NCBI GenBank assembly: GCA_021730835.1
Contig: JAKFYP010000056.1
Location: 1 to 45,419 of the forward strand
Length of the DNA: 45,419 bases
Reading direction: 5' to 3'
DNA from: Alphaproteobacteria bacterium
GTDB taxonomy: Bacteria > Pseudomonadota > Alphaproteobacteria > Rickettsiales > UBA998
Both the position numbers and the translations under genes were made by a program. Under the pieces are notes generated by a model. That model did no database searches. It saw only the letters and a list, made by a program, of their open reading frames with translations, and had not been told where the DNA came from. Shown in pieces: positions 8,921 through 19,873 of the stretch; within the stretch, counting starts at the first letter, position 1; each line of letters opens with the position of its first letter.

Positions 8921-10312
8921 TTGCTTTTTCTGTCATTTCCGGCCACATTCCGCGTTTGTGAATATGTTTTCGGGAATAATATGAATTCATCACGTCTTTC
9001 CTTTTGGCAAATATGGAATATGAGCTTTGGCTTTATGGGCATCCAGTTCGGCTGGGGGCTGCAAATGGCCAATATGAGTTCCATCTACGAAATGCTTGGA
9101 GCGAAAGAAAGTGAACTGGCTCTGCTTTGGATCGCCGCGCCGCTAACCGGCCTGATTGTTCATCCGATTATCGGTTATATGAGCGACCGCACCTGGAATC
9201 GTTTCGGGCGGCGCAAGCCTTATTTTCTCGTTGGCGTGATATTGTCGTCGCTGGCGCTGGTCGCTATGCCCAATTCCAGCGCGCTCTGGATGGCCGTAGG
9301 GCTGCTATGGGTGCTCGACGGGGCGATAAATATCGCCATGCAGCCGTTTCGGGCGTTTGTCGCTGATCTGGTTCCCGAGAAGCAGCGACCCTTTGCATAC
9401 TCCGTTCAAACCGTGCTGATTGGTATTGGCGCAGTGGTATCCTCCGCCCTGCCGTGGATTCTGGCTAACTGGTTTGGGGTTGTTTCGGACAGCGCCGATG
9501 GCGGCATTTCCAGATCAGTGGTGCTGGCCTTCTACATCGGCTCCGGCGTGCTGTTTGCCTGTGTTCTATATACAATCATTACGACAAAAGAAGCGCCGCC
9601 TGCCGATATGGAGGCGTTTTACCGGATGAAAGCTGAGAGGGCCGGGTTGCTAGCCGGTGTAAAAGATATTTTCGCTAGTATCGGTAATATGCCGCCGCGG
9701 ATGAAGCAACTGGCATGGGTGCAATTGTTCACTTGGGCCGGGTTATTCTCCATGTGGACATATTTTGCCCCGGCGGCAGCGCGCAGCGTGTTCGGGGCAG
9801 TGGATGCCCATGATCCTCTGTATGCACAGGCTACGGAATGGGTCGGGGTCTGCTTTTCACTCTATAACGGAGTAGCGCTGGTCATGGCATTTTGCTTTAT
9901 GGCGCTGGTACATAAAATCTCGCCACGCACTATTCACACCTTCAGCCTGCTATGTGGTGGCGTAGGGCTGATCTCGGTTATGTTCATTCATGATTCTGAT
10001 ATGCTGCTTTTCTCAATGGTTGGAGTCGGAATTGCCTGGGCTTCGATTCTCGCCATGCCTTATGCGATGCTGGCTGGTGCTCTTCCTGAAGGCAAGATGG
10101 GTGTCTACATGGGGATTTTTAACCTGTTTATTGTGATTCCGCAGGTGATCGTGGCTCTGGGTTCCGGCTTTGTCGTGAAGCATTTTCTGGGAGGGCAGTC
10201 GGTTTATGCGCTGGCGCTTGGTGGCGCGTCAATGGTCGTCGCGGCAGCGCTAACACTCAGAGTTGATTATGTCGCCACGCAGGACGCACTTGTTCCGGAG
10301 GCGGCGCACTGA
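8921..10312 (+). CDS. MFS/GPH-type sugar:cation symporter (SLC45-like)
   Basis: It has 12 predicted TM segments and the motif GYMSDRTWNRFGRRKPYFLVG, typical of glycoside/sucrose symporter-like MFS proteins. The true start is more likely the internal Met near 8981 (MNSSRLSFWQIW). Confidence 0.8.
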   Translation: MLFLSFPATFRVCEYVFGNNMNSSRLSFWQIWNMSFGFMGIQFGWGLQMANMSSIYEMLGAKESELALLWIAAPLTGLIVHPIIGYMSDRTWNRFGRRKPYFLVGVILSSLALVAMPNSSALWMAVGLLWVLDGAINIAMQPFRAFVADLVPEKQRPFAYSVQTVLIGIGAVVSSALPWILANWFGVVSDSADGGISRSVVLAFYIGSGVLFACVLYTIITTKEAPPADMEAFYRMKAERAGLLAGVKDIFASIGNMPPRMKQLAWVQLFTWAGLFSMWTYFAPAAARSVFGAVDAHDPLYAQATEWVGVCFSLYNGVALVMAFCFMALVHKISPRTIHTFSLLCGGVGLISVMFIHDSDMLLFSMVGVGIAWASILAMPYAMLAGALPEGKMGVYMGIFNLFIVIPQVIVALGSGFVVKHFLGGQSVYALALGGASMVVAAALTLRVDYVATQDALVPEAAH

Positions 10313-10315
10313 AGG

Positions 10316-11293
10316 TTACTCAGGAATCAGAATAGTTGAGCCTATGGTATTACGGGATTCGAGATCCCGATGCGCCGAGGCGGCGTCGGCCAGATAATAG
10401 CTCTGGCCGATATGGATTTTGATTTTTCCCTGCATGACATGATTGAGCATTTCCATCGCCCCGAGCAGATATTCTCCGTGGATTTTCTTGTAATCCCCAA
10501 GGGTGGGCCGGGTGAGAAACAAGGAGCCTTTCTCGCGCAGCAATGAAATATCGAAAGGCGGAACCGGGCCGGAGGATTGGCCATAACTGACCAACAGACC
10601 AAACAGGCCAAGGCAGTCGAGTGACTGCATAAATGTTGCCTGTCCCACCGAATCATAGACGACGTTGCACCCCCTGCCCTCCGTGATGTCGCGCACACGC
10701 TTCACCACGTCTTCCCTGCGGTAGAGAATCACATGATGGCAACCGTTCTGCCGGGCGAATTCGGCTTTCTCCTCCGAGCCGACCGCTCCAATAACTGTGG
10801 CCCCCAATGCGTTGGCCCACTGGCAAAGAAATTGCCCGACCCCTCCGGCAGCCGCCCAGATCAGCGCCGTCATGTTAGCCCGAAGATCGAAGGAGCGCCT
10901 CAGGAGCATATGGGCGGTTGTTCCCTTGGTCATCAGCCCGGCGGCATGCTCGAACGATATTTCATCGGGCAGCTTCACAAGATCGGTCTCTTTAATCGTG
11001 CGCCACTCACTGTAGGAACCGGGCGGGCCCTTGGCGTAAGCTACCCGGTTGCCAACGGAGACATATTGTGTCCCCTTGCCGCAGGCCATCACGACCCCTG
11101 CCCCCTCAATCCCCGGTGTAAACGGGGTGGGTACGGGATAAAGCCCGGTGCGATGATAAACATCAATATAGTTAAGGCCAACGGCCTTTTGCTGAATAAG
11201 CACCTCTCCCTCACCCGGCTCGGGGATGGGGACTTCCTCCCACTTTAATACGCTGGGATCACCATACTGATATATGCGAATTGCCTTTGGCAT
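10316..11293 (-). CDS. qor: NADPH:quinone oxidoreductase (zeta-crystallin/MDR family)
   Basis: 325 aa. It begins MPKAIRIYQYGDPSVLKWEEVPIPEPGEGEVLI and has the nucleotide-binding AAAGGVG motif. Confidence 0.85.
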   Translation of the reverse strand: MPKAIRIYQYGDPSVLKWEEVPIPEPGEGEVLIQQKAVGLNYIDVYHRTGLYPVPTPFTPGIEGAGVVMACGKGTQYVSVGNRVAYAKGPPGSYSEWRTIKETDLVKLPDEISFEHAAGLMTKGTTAHMLLRRSFDLRANMTALIWAAAGGVGQFLCQWANALGATVIGAVGSEEKAEFARQNGCHHVILYRREDVVKRVRDITEGRGCNVVYDSVGQATFMQSLDCLGLFGLLVSYGQSSGPVPPFDISLLREKGSLFLTRPTLGDYKKIHGEYLLGAMEMLNHVMQGKIKIHIGQSYYLADAASAHRDLESRNTIGSTILIPE

Positions 11294-11353
11294 TTTTCGT
11301 TGCGCTCACCTTGTGGCGATTGTATGGCATGGCCACAGAAAGACAATGAAAAT

Positions 11354-12691
11354 ATGGTAACACGATCTGATACGATTTTTGCTCCGGCAACCGCACCGGG
11401 CCGGTCAGGCGTGGCGGTGGTGCGCCTCTCCGGGCCGGATACCGCGCAGGCATTGGCGATGCTGGGTGTCAGCCCCCTGCCCCATCCGCGTATGGCGACG
11501 CTGAAAAAGCTGAAACATTCCTCCGGCGGGATAATAGACACCGCACTAGTGTTATGGTTTCCGGAGCCGGGAAGCTTTACAGGCGAAGATGTGGCGGAGC
11601 TGCATGTGCATGGTAGTCGAGCCGTGCTTACCGAATTGCTCGAAACACTCGGTAAAATGCCGAGCTTAAGAATGGCGGAAGCCGGGGAATTTGCGAGGCG
11701 GGCTTTTTTGTCAGGCAAGATGGATCTGACCGAGATCGAGGGACTGGCTGATTTGATTGATGCCCAGACGGCAATGCAAAAATCTCAGGCGCTACGCCAG
11801 ATGCAGGGAGAACTGGGTCGGGTATGCAGCCGGATGCGTGAGCAACTGGTTGCCGTCAGGGCCGAAATTGAGGCGTATCTCGATTTTCCTGACGAGGATT
11901 TGCCGCCGCACCGGCTGAATGATCTCAATAACCACTTGCTGGAGCTGCAAGGTGAGGTGAGTAGATTGCTGGATAGGGGCAAAAAAGGGGAGCGTATTCG
12001 GGAAGGCATTCAGATAGCAATCATTGGTGCGCCTAATGTCGGCAAATCATCGCTGCTGAATTGTCTGGCGGGGCGTGAAGCGGCGATTGTTTCTTGCGAG
12101 GCCGGAACGACCCGTGATGTCATCGAGCTTTCGATGGATCTGGAAGGTTACCCGGTGGTTCTGTACGACACGGCTGGTTTACGGGAGGGTGTGACAAATG
12201 TAGAACAGGAGGGGATTCGGCGTGCCAAAATAAAGGCAGGCGAGTCAGACATGCGATTATTGGTATTGGATGCGGGTCGTTCTTTGGCAGAACAAAATGA
12301 TGGATTCTCATCGCTTAAACAAGATGATGTGGTAATTTGGAATAAAACTGATATTTTCCCACAATATATAGTAGATGTGGGTGAGTATCCTTATCAGTGC
12401 AAAATCTCGCTAAAAGAACAAAAGGGGGTTGAGTCATTGCTTTTCATGATTAAAAAGCGTATGGATGACGGTTTTCACTCAATGAACGATGTGGTGGTGA
12501 CGCGAGAGCGACATCGTTTGGCTTTCATCTCCTGTCGAGAAAGTATCGAGTCGGCCATGAAAACCCCATTTTTAGAGATAAAAGGAGAAGAAATTCGTCG
12601 TGCGATGCAAGCGCTGGGTAGTATTACCGGTGTTATTCATCTTGAAGAAGTGTTAGATCAGCTCTTCCGATCCTTTTGTATCGGAAAATAA
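11354..12691 (+). CDS. mnmE: tRNA modification GTPase MnmE
   Basis: It has [22 protein letters not shown] at the N-terminus, G1 [13 protein letters not shown]3 DTAGLRE and the C-terminal FCIGK motif. The ORF opens at 11300, but the Met at 11354 matches the family N-terminus. Confidence 0.93.
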   Translation: MVTRSDTIFAPATAPGRSGVAVVRLSGPDTAQALAMLGVSPLPHPRMATLKKLKHSSGGIIDTALVLWFPEPGSFTGEDVAELHVHGSRAVLTELLETLGKMPSLRMAEAGEFARRAFLSGKMDLTEIEGLADLIDAQTAMQKSQALRQMQGELGRVCSRMREQLVAVRAEIEAYLDFPDEDLPPHRLNDLNNHLLELQGEVSRLLDRGKKGERIREGIQIAIIGAPNVGKSSLLNCLAGREAAIVSCEAGTTRDVIELSMDLEGYPVVLYDTAGLREGVTNVEQEGIRRAKIKAGESDMRLLVLDAGRSLAEQNDGFSSLKQDDVVIWNKTDIFPQYIVDVGEYPYQCKISLKEQKGVESLLFMIKKRMDDGFHSMNDVVVTRERHRLAFISCRESIESAMKTPFLEIKGEEIRRAMQALGSITGVIHLEEVLDQLFRSFCIGK

Positions 12692-12704
12692 ACCGTAGTA
12701 ATCC

Positions 12705-12720
12705 TGTTCCACGTGAAACA
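12705..12720. promoter_or_regulatory. parS: parS centromere-like site (ParB binding)
   Basis: It is an exact TGTTCCACGTGAAACA, the canonical chromosomal parS 16-mer. It lies in the mnmE-mnmG intergenic spacer, about 3.3 kb upstream of parB. Confidence 0.85.
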
Positions 12721-12726
12721 ATAAAA

Positions 12727-14595
12727 ATGTCACAGCAATCATACGAGATAATTGTCATAGGGGGCGGTCACGCCGGATGTGAAGCCGCTGCTGCTGCCGC
12801 CAGAATGGGGATGTCTACCCTTCTTCTGACTCAGAATAAAAGTAAGGTTGGTGTGATGTCCTGTAACCCGGCCATTGGAGGTGTAGGTAAGGGAACCCTG
12901 GTCAGAGAGATTGATGCATTGGATGGTGTGATGGGTCGTGCCATAGATCGGGCAGGTATTCATTACAAAATGCTCAACAGTAGTAAAGGCCCGGCGGTCT
13001 GGGGACCAAGAGCACAGGCTGATCGAGCTTTATATCGTCAGGCCGTTCAAGATATTCTAATGGAATATAAGTCGCTTACGGTGATTTCCAAATCGGTTGA
13101 GGATATTTTAGTGTTACAAAACGCTGTGTGTGGCGTTGAATGCCAAAGTGGCGAGCAGTATTTGGCTAACGCTGTGATCCTTACTACAGGCACTTTTTTG
13201 AATGGGCTAATTCATATTGGAACGCATCAGGAGCATGCAGGGAGAATCGGCGAGCCTCCCTCCGTTGGGCTGTCTAATACACTGAAAAAATTAAATTTCT
13301 CTTTGGGCCGGTTGAAAACCGGAACCCCTCCTCGTCTGGACGGTAAAACTATTGATTGGTCAGTGGTGGAGTTGCAGCCGGGTGACGCAAAACCCGCTCC
13401 TTTTTCCTATCTTACCGATAGCATTACAATCCCGCAAATCGCTTGTGGTATTACGCGAACGACGCCTGATACCCATCGTATTATTAGAGAAAACTTACAT
13501 CAGGCTCCCATGTATTCCGGGCAAATTGCTGGCACGGGGCCGCGCTATTGTCCCTCGATAGAGGATAAAATTGTGCGCTTCTCTGGCCGGGAATCTCATC
13601 AGATTTTTCTTGAGCCTGAGGGTTTAGATGATGATACAGTCTATCCAAATGGTATATCTACCTCCCTTCCTAAAGAGATTCAGCTAGAGATTCTCAGGAC
13701 TATTCCGGGACTGGAGCAAACCACAATGTTGCGCCCGGGGTATGCCGTGGAGTATGATTTTGTGGATCCCAGAGAACTTTACTCAACGCTGGAGACTAAG
13801 AAAGTTGCAGGTTTGTACCTCGCCGGGCAAATAAATGGGACAACAGGGTATGAAGAAGCGGCAGGACAGGGTATCATTGCCGGTATAAATGCGGCTCTGA
13901 AAGTGCAAAAGCGCCCTCCTTATGTCTGCAAGCGTTCGGATGCGTATATTGGCGTTATGATTGATGATCTGGTGACGCATGGCACGCGTGAGCCATACCG
14001 CATGTTTACTTGCCGTGCTGAGTTTCGGATTTCTTTGCGGGCAGATAATGCGGATCAGCGCCTGACGGCAGCAGGTATTGAGCTGGGTGTGGTTTCTCTA
14101 CTGCGGCAACAGACATATGAACGAAAGCAAGCGAGTTTGTCTCAAGCAAGGCAGCTTTTTAACGCCAGCCAGATATCGCCAAGTGCATTGAAGCGGCATG
14201 GAATTCACGTGAATCAGGATGGTGTGAAACGTAGTGCCGACCAGCTTATTGTGCAGCCTGATATTCAAAAAGACGCGCTATTTGCTATCTGGCCAGATTT
14301 GGCTACCATTCCTGAAGATATTTTTGCGGCAATTACTTATGACGCAATTTACGCAGGTTATCTGGAGCGTCAGCAGCGGGATATTGAGTTGTTTAACCGC
14401 GATGAGGCACTGGAAATTCCAGAGATACTTGATGTCAATAAGATTGCCGGGCTTTCCAACGAGATACGCGAGAAACTTATGCAGCATAAACCCGCGACAC
14501 TGGGCGTAGCCTCACGTATTCCCGGTATGACGCCAGCCGCACTTTTGCTGCTGCTCGGGCATATTCGCAGCAATAGATTTTCAGCGGCTACCTAG
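12727..14595 (+). CDS. mnmG: tRNA uridine 5-carboxymethylaminomethyl modification enzyme MnmG (GidA)
   Basis: It begins [24 protein letters not shown] (FAD-binding fold) and matches GidA along its length. The Met at 12727 is the likely start (the ORF opens at 12676). Confidence 0.95.
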   Translation: MSQQSYEIIVIGGGHAGCEAAAAAARMGMSTLLLTQNKSKVGVMSCNPAIGGVGKGTLVREIDALDGVMGRAIDRAGIHYKMLNSSKGPAVWGPRAQADRALYRQAVQDILMEYKSLTVISKSVEDILVLQNAVCGVECQSGEQYLANAVILTTGTFLNGLIHIGTHQEHAGRIGEPPSVGLSNTLKKLNFSLGRLKTGTPPRLDGKTIDWSVVELQPGDAKPAPFSYLTDSITIPQIACGITRTTPDTHRIIRENLHQAPMYSGQIAGTGPRYCPSIEDKIVRFSGRESHQIFLEPEGLDDDTVYPNGISTSLPKEIQLEILRTIPGLEQTTMLRPGYAVEYDFVDPRELYSTLETKKVAGLYLAGQINGTTGYEEAAGQGIIAGINAALKVQKRPPYVCKRSDAYIGVMIDDLVTHGTREPYRMFTCRAEFRISLRADNADQRLTAAGIELGVVSLLRQQTYERKQASLSQARQLFNASQISPSALKRHGIHVNQDGVKRSADQLIVQPDIQKDALFAIWPDLATIPEDIFAAITYDAIYAGYLERQQRDIELFNRDEALEIPEILDVNKIAGLSNEIREKLMQHKPATLGVASRIPGMTPAALLLLLGHIRSNRFSAAT

Positions 14596-14596
14596 C

Positions 14597-15253
14597 ATGT
14601 TTTCAGGTATTTTATTGCCCCCGGATTGTTCTGTTCCACGTGAAACACACGTTAAATTAGAGGCCTATGAGCGGTTGTTAGTCCGGTGGCAGAAGAAGAT
14701 AAATCTTGTCAGCCCAAAATCTATGTCGGATTTGCGAAATCGCCACATTGCGGATTCAATGCAATTGCTATCTTATCTACCGAAAGACCCACATATTCGT
14801 ATTGCTGATATTGGTTCCGGAGCCGGATTTCCAGGGCTGGTACTCGCCATGTGCGGCTATAAGGACGTACATCTTATTGAAAGTGATAGAAAAAAGGTAG
14901 AGTTTTTGCGTGAAGTGGCACGGATAACGCAGATACAGGTGACGATTCATCATGCCCGGGCCGAAGATGTTTCGCTGGCGGATATATCGGTATTTACCTC
15001 AAGGGCTTGTAGTAATCTGCTTAAGCTACTCTACATATTGTACCAAAATTGGCAAGAAAACGCATTTTGCCTCTTTCACAAAGGTGGGACTTATAGTAAA
15101 GAGTTACATGAAGCAGAAAAGGACTGGGATTTTCAGTGTACCGCTCTGCCCAGCCGGACCGATCCGCAAGGAGTTATCCTCAACCTCTCTCATATAGTTC
15201 CAAAACATGCCAAGAATCATTGCAGTCGTAAATCAAAAGGGGGGGGTCGGTAA
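14597..15253 (+). CDS. rsmG: 16S rRNA (guanine527-N7)-methyltransferase RsmG (GidB)
   Basis: It has the SAM-binding motif DIGSGAGFPGLVLA. Size (218 aa) and position between mnmG and parA fit. Confidence 0.9.
   Translation: MFSGILLPPDCSVPRETHVKLEAYERLLVRWQKKINLVSPKSMSDLRNRHIADSMQLLSYLPKDPHIRIADIGSGAGFPGLVLAMCGYKDVHLIESDRKKVEFLREVARITQIQVTIHHARAEDVSLADISVFTSRACSNLLKLLYILYQNWQENAFCLFHKGGTYSKELHEAEKDWDFQCTALPSRTDPQGVILNLSHIVPKHAKNHCSRKSKGGGR
14632..14647. promoter_or_regulatory. parS: parS centromere-like site (ParB binding), inside the 5' end of rsmG
   Basis: A second exact TGTTCCACGTGAAACA. It shares the preceding c with the first copy. Confidence 0.85.
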
Positions 15254-15995
15254 GACGACCACCGCTGTTAATCTGGCCACAGCCCTTGCCGCCATAGGCC
15301 GAAAGGTGCTGCTGATTGATCTTGATCCGCAGGGTAATGCAAGCACTGGACTGGGTATATCGCCTAACAGGCGCCGGATCACCTCCTATGACCTGCTGAT
15401 CGGCTCGCATCGTGTACCGCAAGCCGAACAGGAAACACTGATTCCCGGCCTGAATATCGTTTGCTCGACCATTGATCTCTCAGGCGCGGAGATTGAGCTG
15501 GTTACTCAGGAGCGTCGTGAATATTGCCTGAAAAAAGCTCTGGCCGGGGGGCTGGAATGCTATGACGATGTATTAATCGACTGCCCTCCCTCTTTGGGTA
15601 TCCTGACGCTTAACGCGCTGACGGCAGCGGATTTTGTGCTGATTCCGCTGCAATGCGAATTTTATGCGCTGGAAGGCCTCAGCCATCTGCTGAAGACCAT
15701 CAAACTGGTGCAGCGCAAGCTAAACCCGGAGTTGGCCATTCTGGGCATTGTGCTGACCATGTACGACAAGCGCAACAAGCTGACCGAACATATCGAAGAA
15801 GATGTGCGTGATTTTCTGGGTGAGCAGGTCTATAAGACGGTCATCCCGCGTAACGTGCGTATTTCGGAAGCGCCTTCGCACGGCAAGCCGGCGCTGGTCT
15901 ATGATATGAACTGTCGCGGCTCGCAGGCATATTTGCTGCTGGCGAGGGAGGTACTGAGGCAGACGCTTTCGCCACTGGCGCAGACGGCGGCATAA
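15207..15995 (+). CDS. parA: chromosome partitioning ATPase ParA
   Basis: It has the deviant Walker A motif in IIAVVNQKGGVGKTTTAVNLA and a ParA/Soj-like sequence throughout. Confidence 0.95.
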   Translation: MPRIIAVVNQKGGVGKTTTAVNLATALAAIGRKVLLIDLDPQGNASTGLGISPNRRRITSYDLLIGSHRVPQAEQETLIPGLNIVCSTIDLSGAEIELVTQERREYCLKKALAGGLECYDDVLIDCPPSLGILTLNALTAADFVLIPLQCEFYALEGLSHLLKTIKLVQRKLNPELAILGIVLTMYDKRNKLTEHIEEDVRDFLGEQVYKTVIPRNVRISEAPSHGKPALVYDMNCRGSQAYLLLAREVLRQTLSPLAQTAA

Positions 15996-16008
15996 AGGAG
16001 GAGCAGTT

Positions 16009-16908
16009 ATGGCAGCAACATCAAAAAAACTGGGCAAGGGGCTGTCCGTTCTGATTTCCGAGGAATACAGCAAATCAGTCGAAGAGGGAGGGGAACAATC
16101 CGCTCTGCGGCAACTGGGCGTGACGGAGATCGTCTCGGGTAAATACCAGCCGCGCACCCGCTTCACACAGGAATATCTGGAGGAGCTGGCCGAATCCATT
16201 AAGGCTAACGGCATTATGCAGCCGATTATTGTCCGCCCCTCCGCCGAGGTGAAGGATAAATTCGAGATTATCGCTGGAGAGCGCCGCTGGCGTGCCGCCC
16301 GGTTGGCAGAGCTTGAGACCGTGCCGGTTATCGTGCAGGATATCTCCGATCAGAAGGCGCTGGAGCTGGCGCTGATCGAGAATATTCAGCGACAGGATCT
16401 CTCACCGCTCGATGAAGCTTCCGGCTATCAGCGCCTGCTGGATGAATTCAGCTACACGCAGGAAGAACTGGCGACGACGGTGGGCAAGAGCCGCAGTCAT
16501 ATCGCCAATCTGTTGCGACTGCTTTCACTGCCGGAGAAAATTCGCGCCCTGCTGGAGGAAGAGAAAATCAGCATGGGGCATGCGCGGGCGCTGCTCAATG
16601 CCAAAAACCCGGAAAAGCTGGCTGAGGAAGTGGTCAGGCGCGGCCTCAATGTACGCCAGACTGAAAATCTGGCGCGAGGCGAGACATCCGGCAATTCTTC
16701 CCGGTCATCTTCCCGAAAGCCTGCTTCCGGGGATTACGCCGAGAAAGAGAAAGACCCCGATATTATTGCACTGGAGGAAACCCTGTCAGAGAGCCTCGGG
16801 CTGAGAGTCAGCATACAGGATCGCGGAAAAAGCGGCCAGATTGTGCTGTTTTATGATTCCCTCAGCCAGCTCGATGAAATCCTCAAGCGGCTGGGTGGCG
16901 GGGCCTAG
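16009..16908 (+). CDS. parB: chromosome partitioning protein ParB
   Basis: It has the ParB box IIAGERRWRAA and the HTH region YTQEELATTVGKSRSHIANLLRLL. It lies immediately after parA. Confidence 0.95.
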   Translation: MAATSKKLGKGLSVLISEEYSKSVEEGGEQSALRQLGVTEIVSGKYQPRTRFTQEYLEELAESIKANGIMQPIIVRPSAEVKDKFEIIAGERRWRAARLAELETVPVIVQDISDQKALELALIENIQRQDLSPLDEASGYQRLLDEFSYTQEELATTVGKSRSHIANLLRLLSLPEKIRALLEEEKISMGHARALLNAKNPEKLAEEVVRRGLNVRQTENLARGETSGNSSRSSSRKPASGDYAEKEKDPDIIALEETLSESLGLRVSIQDRGKSGQIVLFYDSLSQLDEILKRLGGGA

Positions 16909-16926
16909 AAGGGTTCCGGCTCGATC

Positions 16927-17766
16927 ATGCGTCAGTTTCATCTGTATCTGATTTCAGACTCGACCGGCGAGACGGTCAGCAGTGTGGCGCGGGCGGCGGT
17001 AGCGCAGTTCGAGGATGTTGATCCTGAAGAGCATGTCTGGTCGCTGGTGCGCACGCCTGCCCAGCTTGAGAAAGTGCTGGAGACCATAGAAGCGCATCCC
17101 GGCGTGGTGATGTATACGCTGGTTAACAATGAGATGCGTGATCGCCTGCGCCAGTTCTGCGGTGATCTGAACCTGCCCTGTGTGCCGGTACTGGCCCGCG
17201 CCATCAGCGAAATGGTGGCTTATCTCGGTATCGAAACATCCACTCAGCCGGGGCGCAAACACTTGCTCAACGAAGAATATTTCTCCCGCGTCGAGGCGGT
17301 CAATTTCGCGCTGGCGCATGATGACGGACAGGCAACCTGGGAGCTTGAGGAGGCGGATATCGTGATCGTCGGGGTGTCGCGCACCTCCAAATCGCCGACA
17401 TGCGTTTATCTCGCTAATCGTGGCTTTAAGGCGGCTAACGTGCCGTTTGTCGATAGCTGCCCGCTGCCGGAAAACCTCCTGACGCTCAAGCGCCCCCTGA
17501 TCGTCGGGTTAACGATTGACCCCGACCGATTGGAGCAAATCCGCAAAAGCCGCCTGCATTCGCTCGATCAGCATACGGAAACCAATTATGTTGACCGTGA
17601 GCGCATTGTGGCAGAGATTGCCGCCTCGCGGAAGCTTTATGCCAGACAGGGCTGGCCGGTGATCGACGTGACGCGCCGGGCAATCGAGGAAACGGCGGCG
17701 ACGATTTTGCAGCATCATGACCGTCATTGCGAAAAGCGGCTGGGTTATGGCAGCCAGAACGGGTAG
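16927..17766 (+). CDS. pyruvate,phosphate dikinase / PEP synthase regulatory protein (bifunctional kinase-pyrophosphorylase, DUF299)
   Basis: It has the N-terminal LISDSTGET and the P-loop VGVSRTSKSPT. 279 aa. Confidence 0.85.
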   Translation: MRQFHLYLISDSTGETVSSVARAAVAQFEDVDPEEHVWSLVRTPAQLEKVLETIEAHPGVVMYTLVNNEMRDRLRQFCGDLNLPCVPVLARAISEMVAYLGIETSTQPGRKHLLNEEYFSRVEAVNFALAHDDGQATWELEEADIVIVGVSRTSKSPTCVYLANRGFKAANVPFVDSCPLPENLLTLKRPLIVGLTIDPDRLEQIRKSRLHSLDQHTETNYVDRERIVAEIAASRKLYARQGWPVIDVTRRAIEETAATILQHHDRHCEKRLGYGSQNG

Positions 17767-18598
17767 GGCGGCGCTGGCCGCGGTGATCGGTCATCCGGTA
17801 GCGCATTCGCTCTCACCGGCGATCCACGAATACTGGTTGCAGGAGCGCGGAATTGACGGTGCGTATATTCCACTGGCGGTGGCTGGCGATGATTTCACTA
17901 AGGCTGTTTCATTTTTGATGCGCGCCGGGTTTCGCGGGTGCAATGTCACCATCCCGCATAAAGAGACAGCATTTCGTTTGTGCGATGTGCCCGATGAGGC
18001 GGCGCAAAGGGCAGGGGCGGTCAATACGCTGTGGTTTGAAGCGGGCAGGGTGCACGGTGCTAATACGGACGGGTATGGATTTATTCGCAATCTGAGCGGG
18101 TCGGGGTTTGATCCCGCCGGGAAAAAAATTATCGTGCTTGGCGCAGGCGGTGCGGCGCGGGCCATCGTCATGACGCTGGGCGATGCAAAAGCGGGAGCAA
18201 TCGTCATCGTCAACCGCACAGGGGAGAAGGCGGCGGCGCTGGTGGATGCCTGCTGTCGGTACGGCGTGCCATGTCAGGCAAGCGGGCAGGGAATGCTGGC
18301 GCGTGAGCTTGATGACTGCCATCTGCTGATTAATACGACGCCCTGCGGCATGGCTGACAGAGAGGCGTTTGAGTTGGATCTGTCGCCCATGCCGGATGGC
18401 GCGGCGGTGTGCGATATTGTCTACACGCCGCTGATGACGCCGTTACTGAGAGAGGCGAAGGGCAGGGGGCTTACCGTTATTGACGGGTTGGGGATGCTGC
18501 TGCATCAGGCCGCGCCGGGATTCGCCCGCTGGTTCGGAGTGATGCCGGAGGTGACGCCGGGCTTGCGCAATCATGTCGTTGCGTTGTTGCCGTCATGA
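17717..18598 (+). CDS. aroE: shikimate dehydrogenase
   Basis: It has VIGHPVAHSLSPAIHEYW, NVTIPHKE and the NAD(P)-binding GAGGAARA. The Met at 17747 is a plausible alternative start. Confidence 0.9.
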   Translation: MTVIAKSGWVMAARTGRAALAAVIGHPVAHSLSPAIHEYWLQERGIDGAYIPLAVAGDDFTKAVSFLMRAGFRGCNVTIPHKETAFRLCDVPDEAAQRAGAVNTLWFEAGRVHGANTDGYGFIRNLSGSGFDPAGKKIIVLGAGGAARAIVMTLGDAKAGAIVIVNRTGEKAAALVDACCRYGVPCQASGQGMLARELDDCHLLINTTPCGMADREAFELDLSPMPDGAAVCDIVYTPLMTPLLREAKGRGLTVIDGLGMLLHQAAPGFARWFGVMPEVTPGLRNHVVALLPS

Positions 18599-19191
18599 TC
18601 CGGCTGGGGCTGACCGGAGGCATTGCCAGCGGCAAGAGCACCGTCGCCGCCATGTTCGCCCGTGAGGGTATTCCGGTATTCAATGCCGATGCAGTGGTGC
18701 ATCGCCTCTACCGGCGGGCGGATGTCATCGCTTCTATCGGGGCATCATTTCCGGGCTGTGTGCAGGATGGCAAAATTGACCGGCTGGTATTGGCGGAAGA
18801 GGTTTTTTTCGATCACGCGAAACTGCATGCGCTGGAGCGGTTGCTGCATCCGCTGGTGCACCGTGAGGAACGGGTATTCTGGAGGCGCGGCATGCTGGAG
18901 CGCAGATGGTGCGTGATCTCGGAGATTCCTTTATTGTTTGAATCGGATGCACAGGGACGCTACGATGCGGTGATCCTCGCCGATGCGCCGCCGATGATCC
19001 AGAAGCAACGGGCCTTGCGGCGCAAGGGGATGACGGAGGGACGCCTTGAGCATATATTGCAACGGCAATGGCGGCTGGAGCATAAGCGGAAATTCGCGGA
19101 TATCGCGGTTCCAACCGGTGCGGGCAAGGCGGTGACCTATGCGGCGGTGCGTAACGTTTTGATGGGGTTGAGGAGAAACGACGATGCGTGA
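18595..19191 (+). CDS. coaE: dephospho-CoA kinase
   Basis: It has the P-loop in LGLTGGIASGKST. Its start overlaps the aroE stop as ATGA. Confidence 0.9.
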   Translation: MIRLGLTGGIASGKSTVAAMFAREGIPVFNADAVVHRLYRRADVIASIGASFPGCVQDGKIDRLVLAEEVFFDHAKLHALERLLHPLVHREERVFWRRGMLERRWCVISEIPLLFESDAQGRYDAVILADAPPMIQKQRALRRKGMTEGRLEHILQRQWRLEHKRKFADIAVPTGAGKAVTYAAVRNVLMGLRRNDDA

Positions 19192-19873
19192 AATCGCTTT
19201 CGATACCGAGACGACCGGGCTGGATCCAAAATCCGGGCATCGGATCGTGGAAATCGGCTGCGTGGAGATGATTGGGCGGGTGCGCACCGGCAAACATTTT
19301 CACACCTATCTCAATCCCGAGCGCGATATGCCGCCGGAAGCCGAGCGCATCCATGGCTTGTCCTCGACCTTTCTCTCCGATAAGCCGGTCTTTAAACTGG
19401 TCGCGCCGGAGCTACTGGCGTTTATCGGTGATGCGCCGCTGGTCATTCATAATGCCGGTTTCGATATGAAATTCATTAACCATGAGCTTGGGCTGACGGG
19501 CCGTTCCGCTCTTGGTTTTGAGCGCGTGGTGGATACGCTGCCGATGGCGCGGGGGAAATACCCCGGCCAGCCCGCCAGTCTGGATGCGTTGTGCCGCCGC
19601 TTCGGCATTGATCTCTCGGCGCGTGACAAGCACGGGGCGCTGCTTGATGCCGAATTGCTGGCGGAGGTGTATCTCGAACTGACCGGCGGCAGGCAGACTT
19701 TTCTCGATCTGGCGGCGGGCAAAAAAGAGGAAACAAACGAGATAACGCAAGCGGTGAAAGCGGATATTGTCTGCCGCGCTTTTCCGGCCAGCACGGAAGA
19801 AAAGGGGCGGCACAAAGCGTTTTTAAAGCAGTTGAAAGAGCCGCTCTGGGAAAAGCTGGCTGAGGAAGCTTAA
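19184..19873 (+). CDS. dnaQ: DNA polymerase III subunit epsilon (3'-5' exonuclease)
   Basis: It has Exo I FDTETTGL, Exo II VIHNAGFDMKF and Exo III HGALLDAELLAEVY. Confidence 0.93.
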   Translation: MREIAFDTETTGLDPKSGHRIVEIGCVEMIGRVRTGKHFHTYLNPERDMPPEAERIHGLSSTFLSDKPVFKLVAPELLAFIGDAPLVIHNAGFDMKFINHELGLTGRSALGFERVVDTLPMARGKYPGQPASLDALCRRFGIDLSARDKHGALLDAELLAEVYLELTGGRQTFLDLAAGKKEETNEITQAVKADIVCRAFPASTEEKGRHKAFLKQLKEPLWEKLAEEA

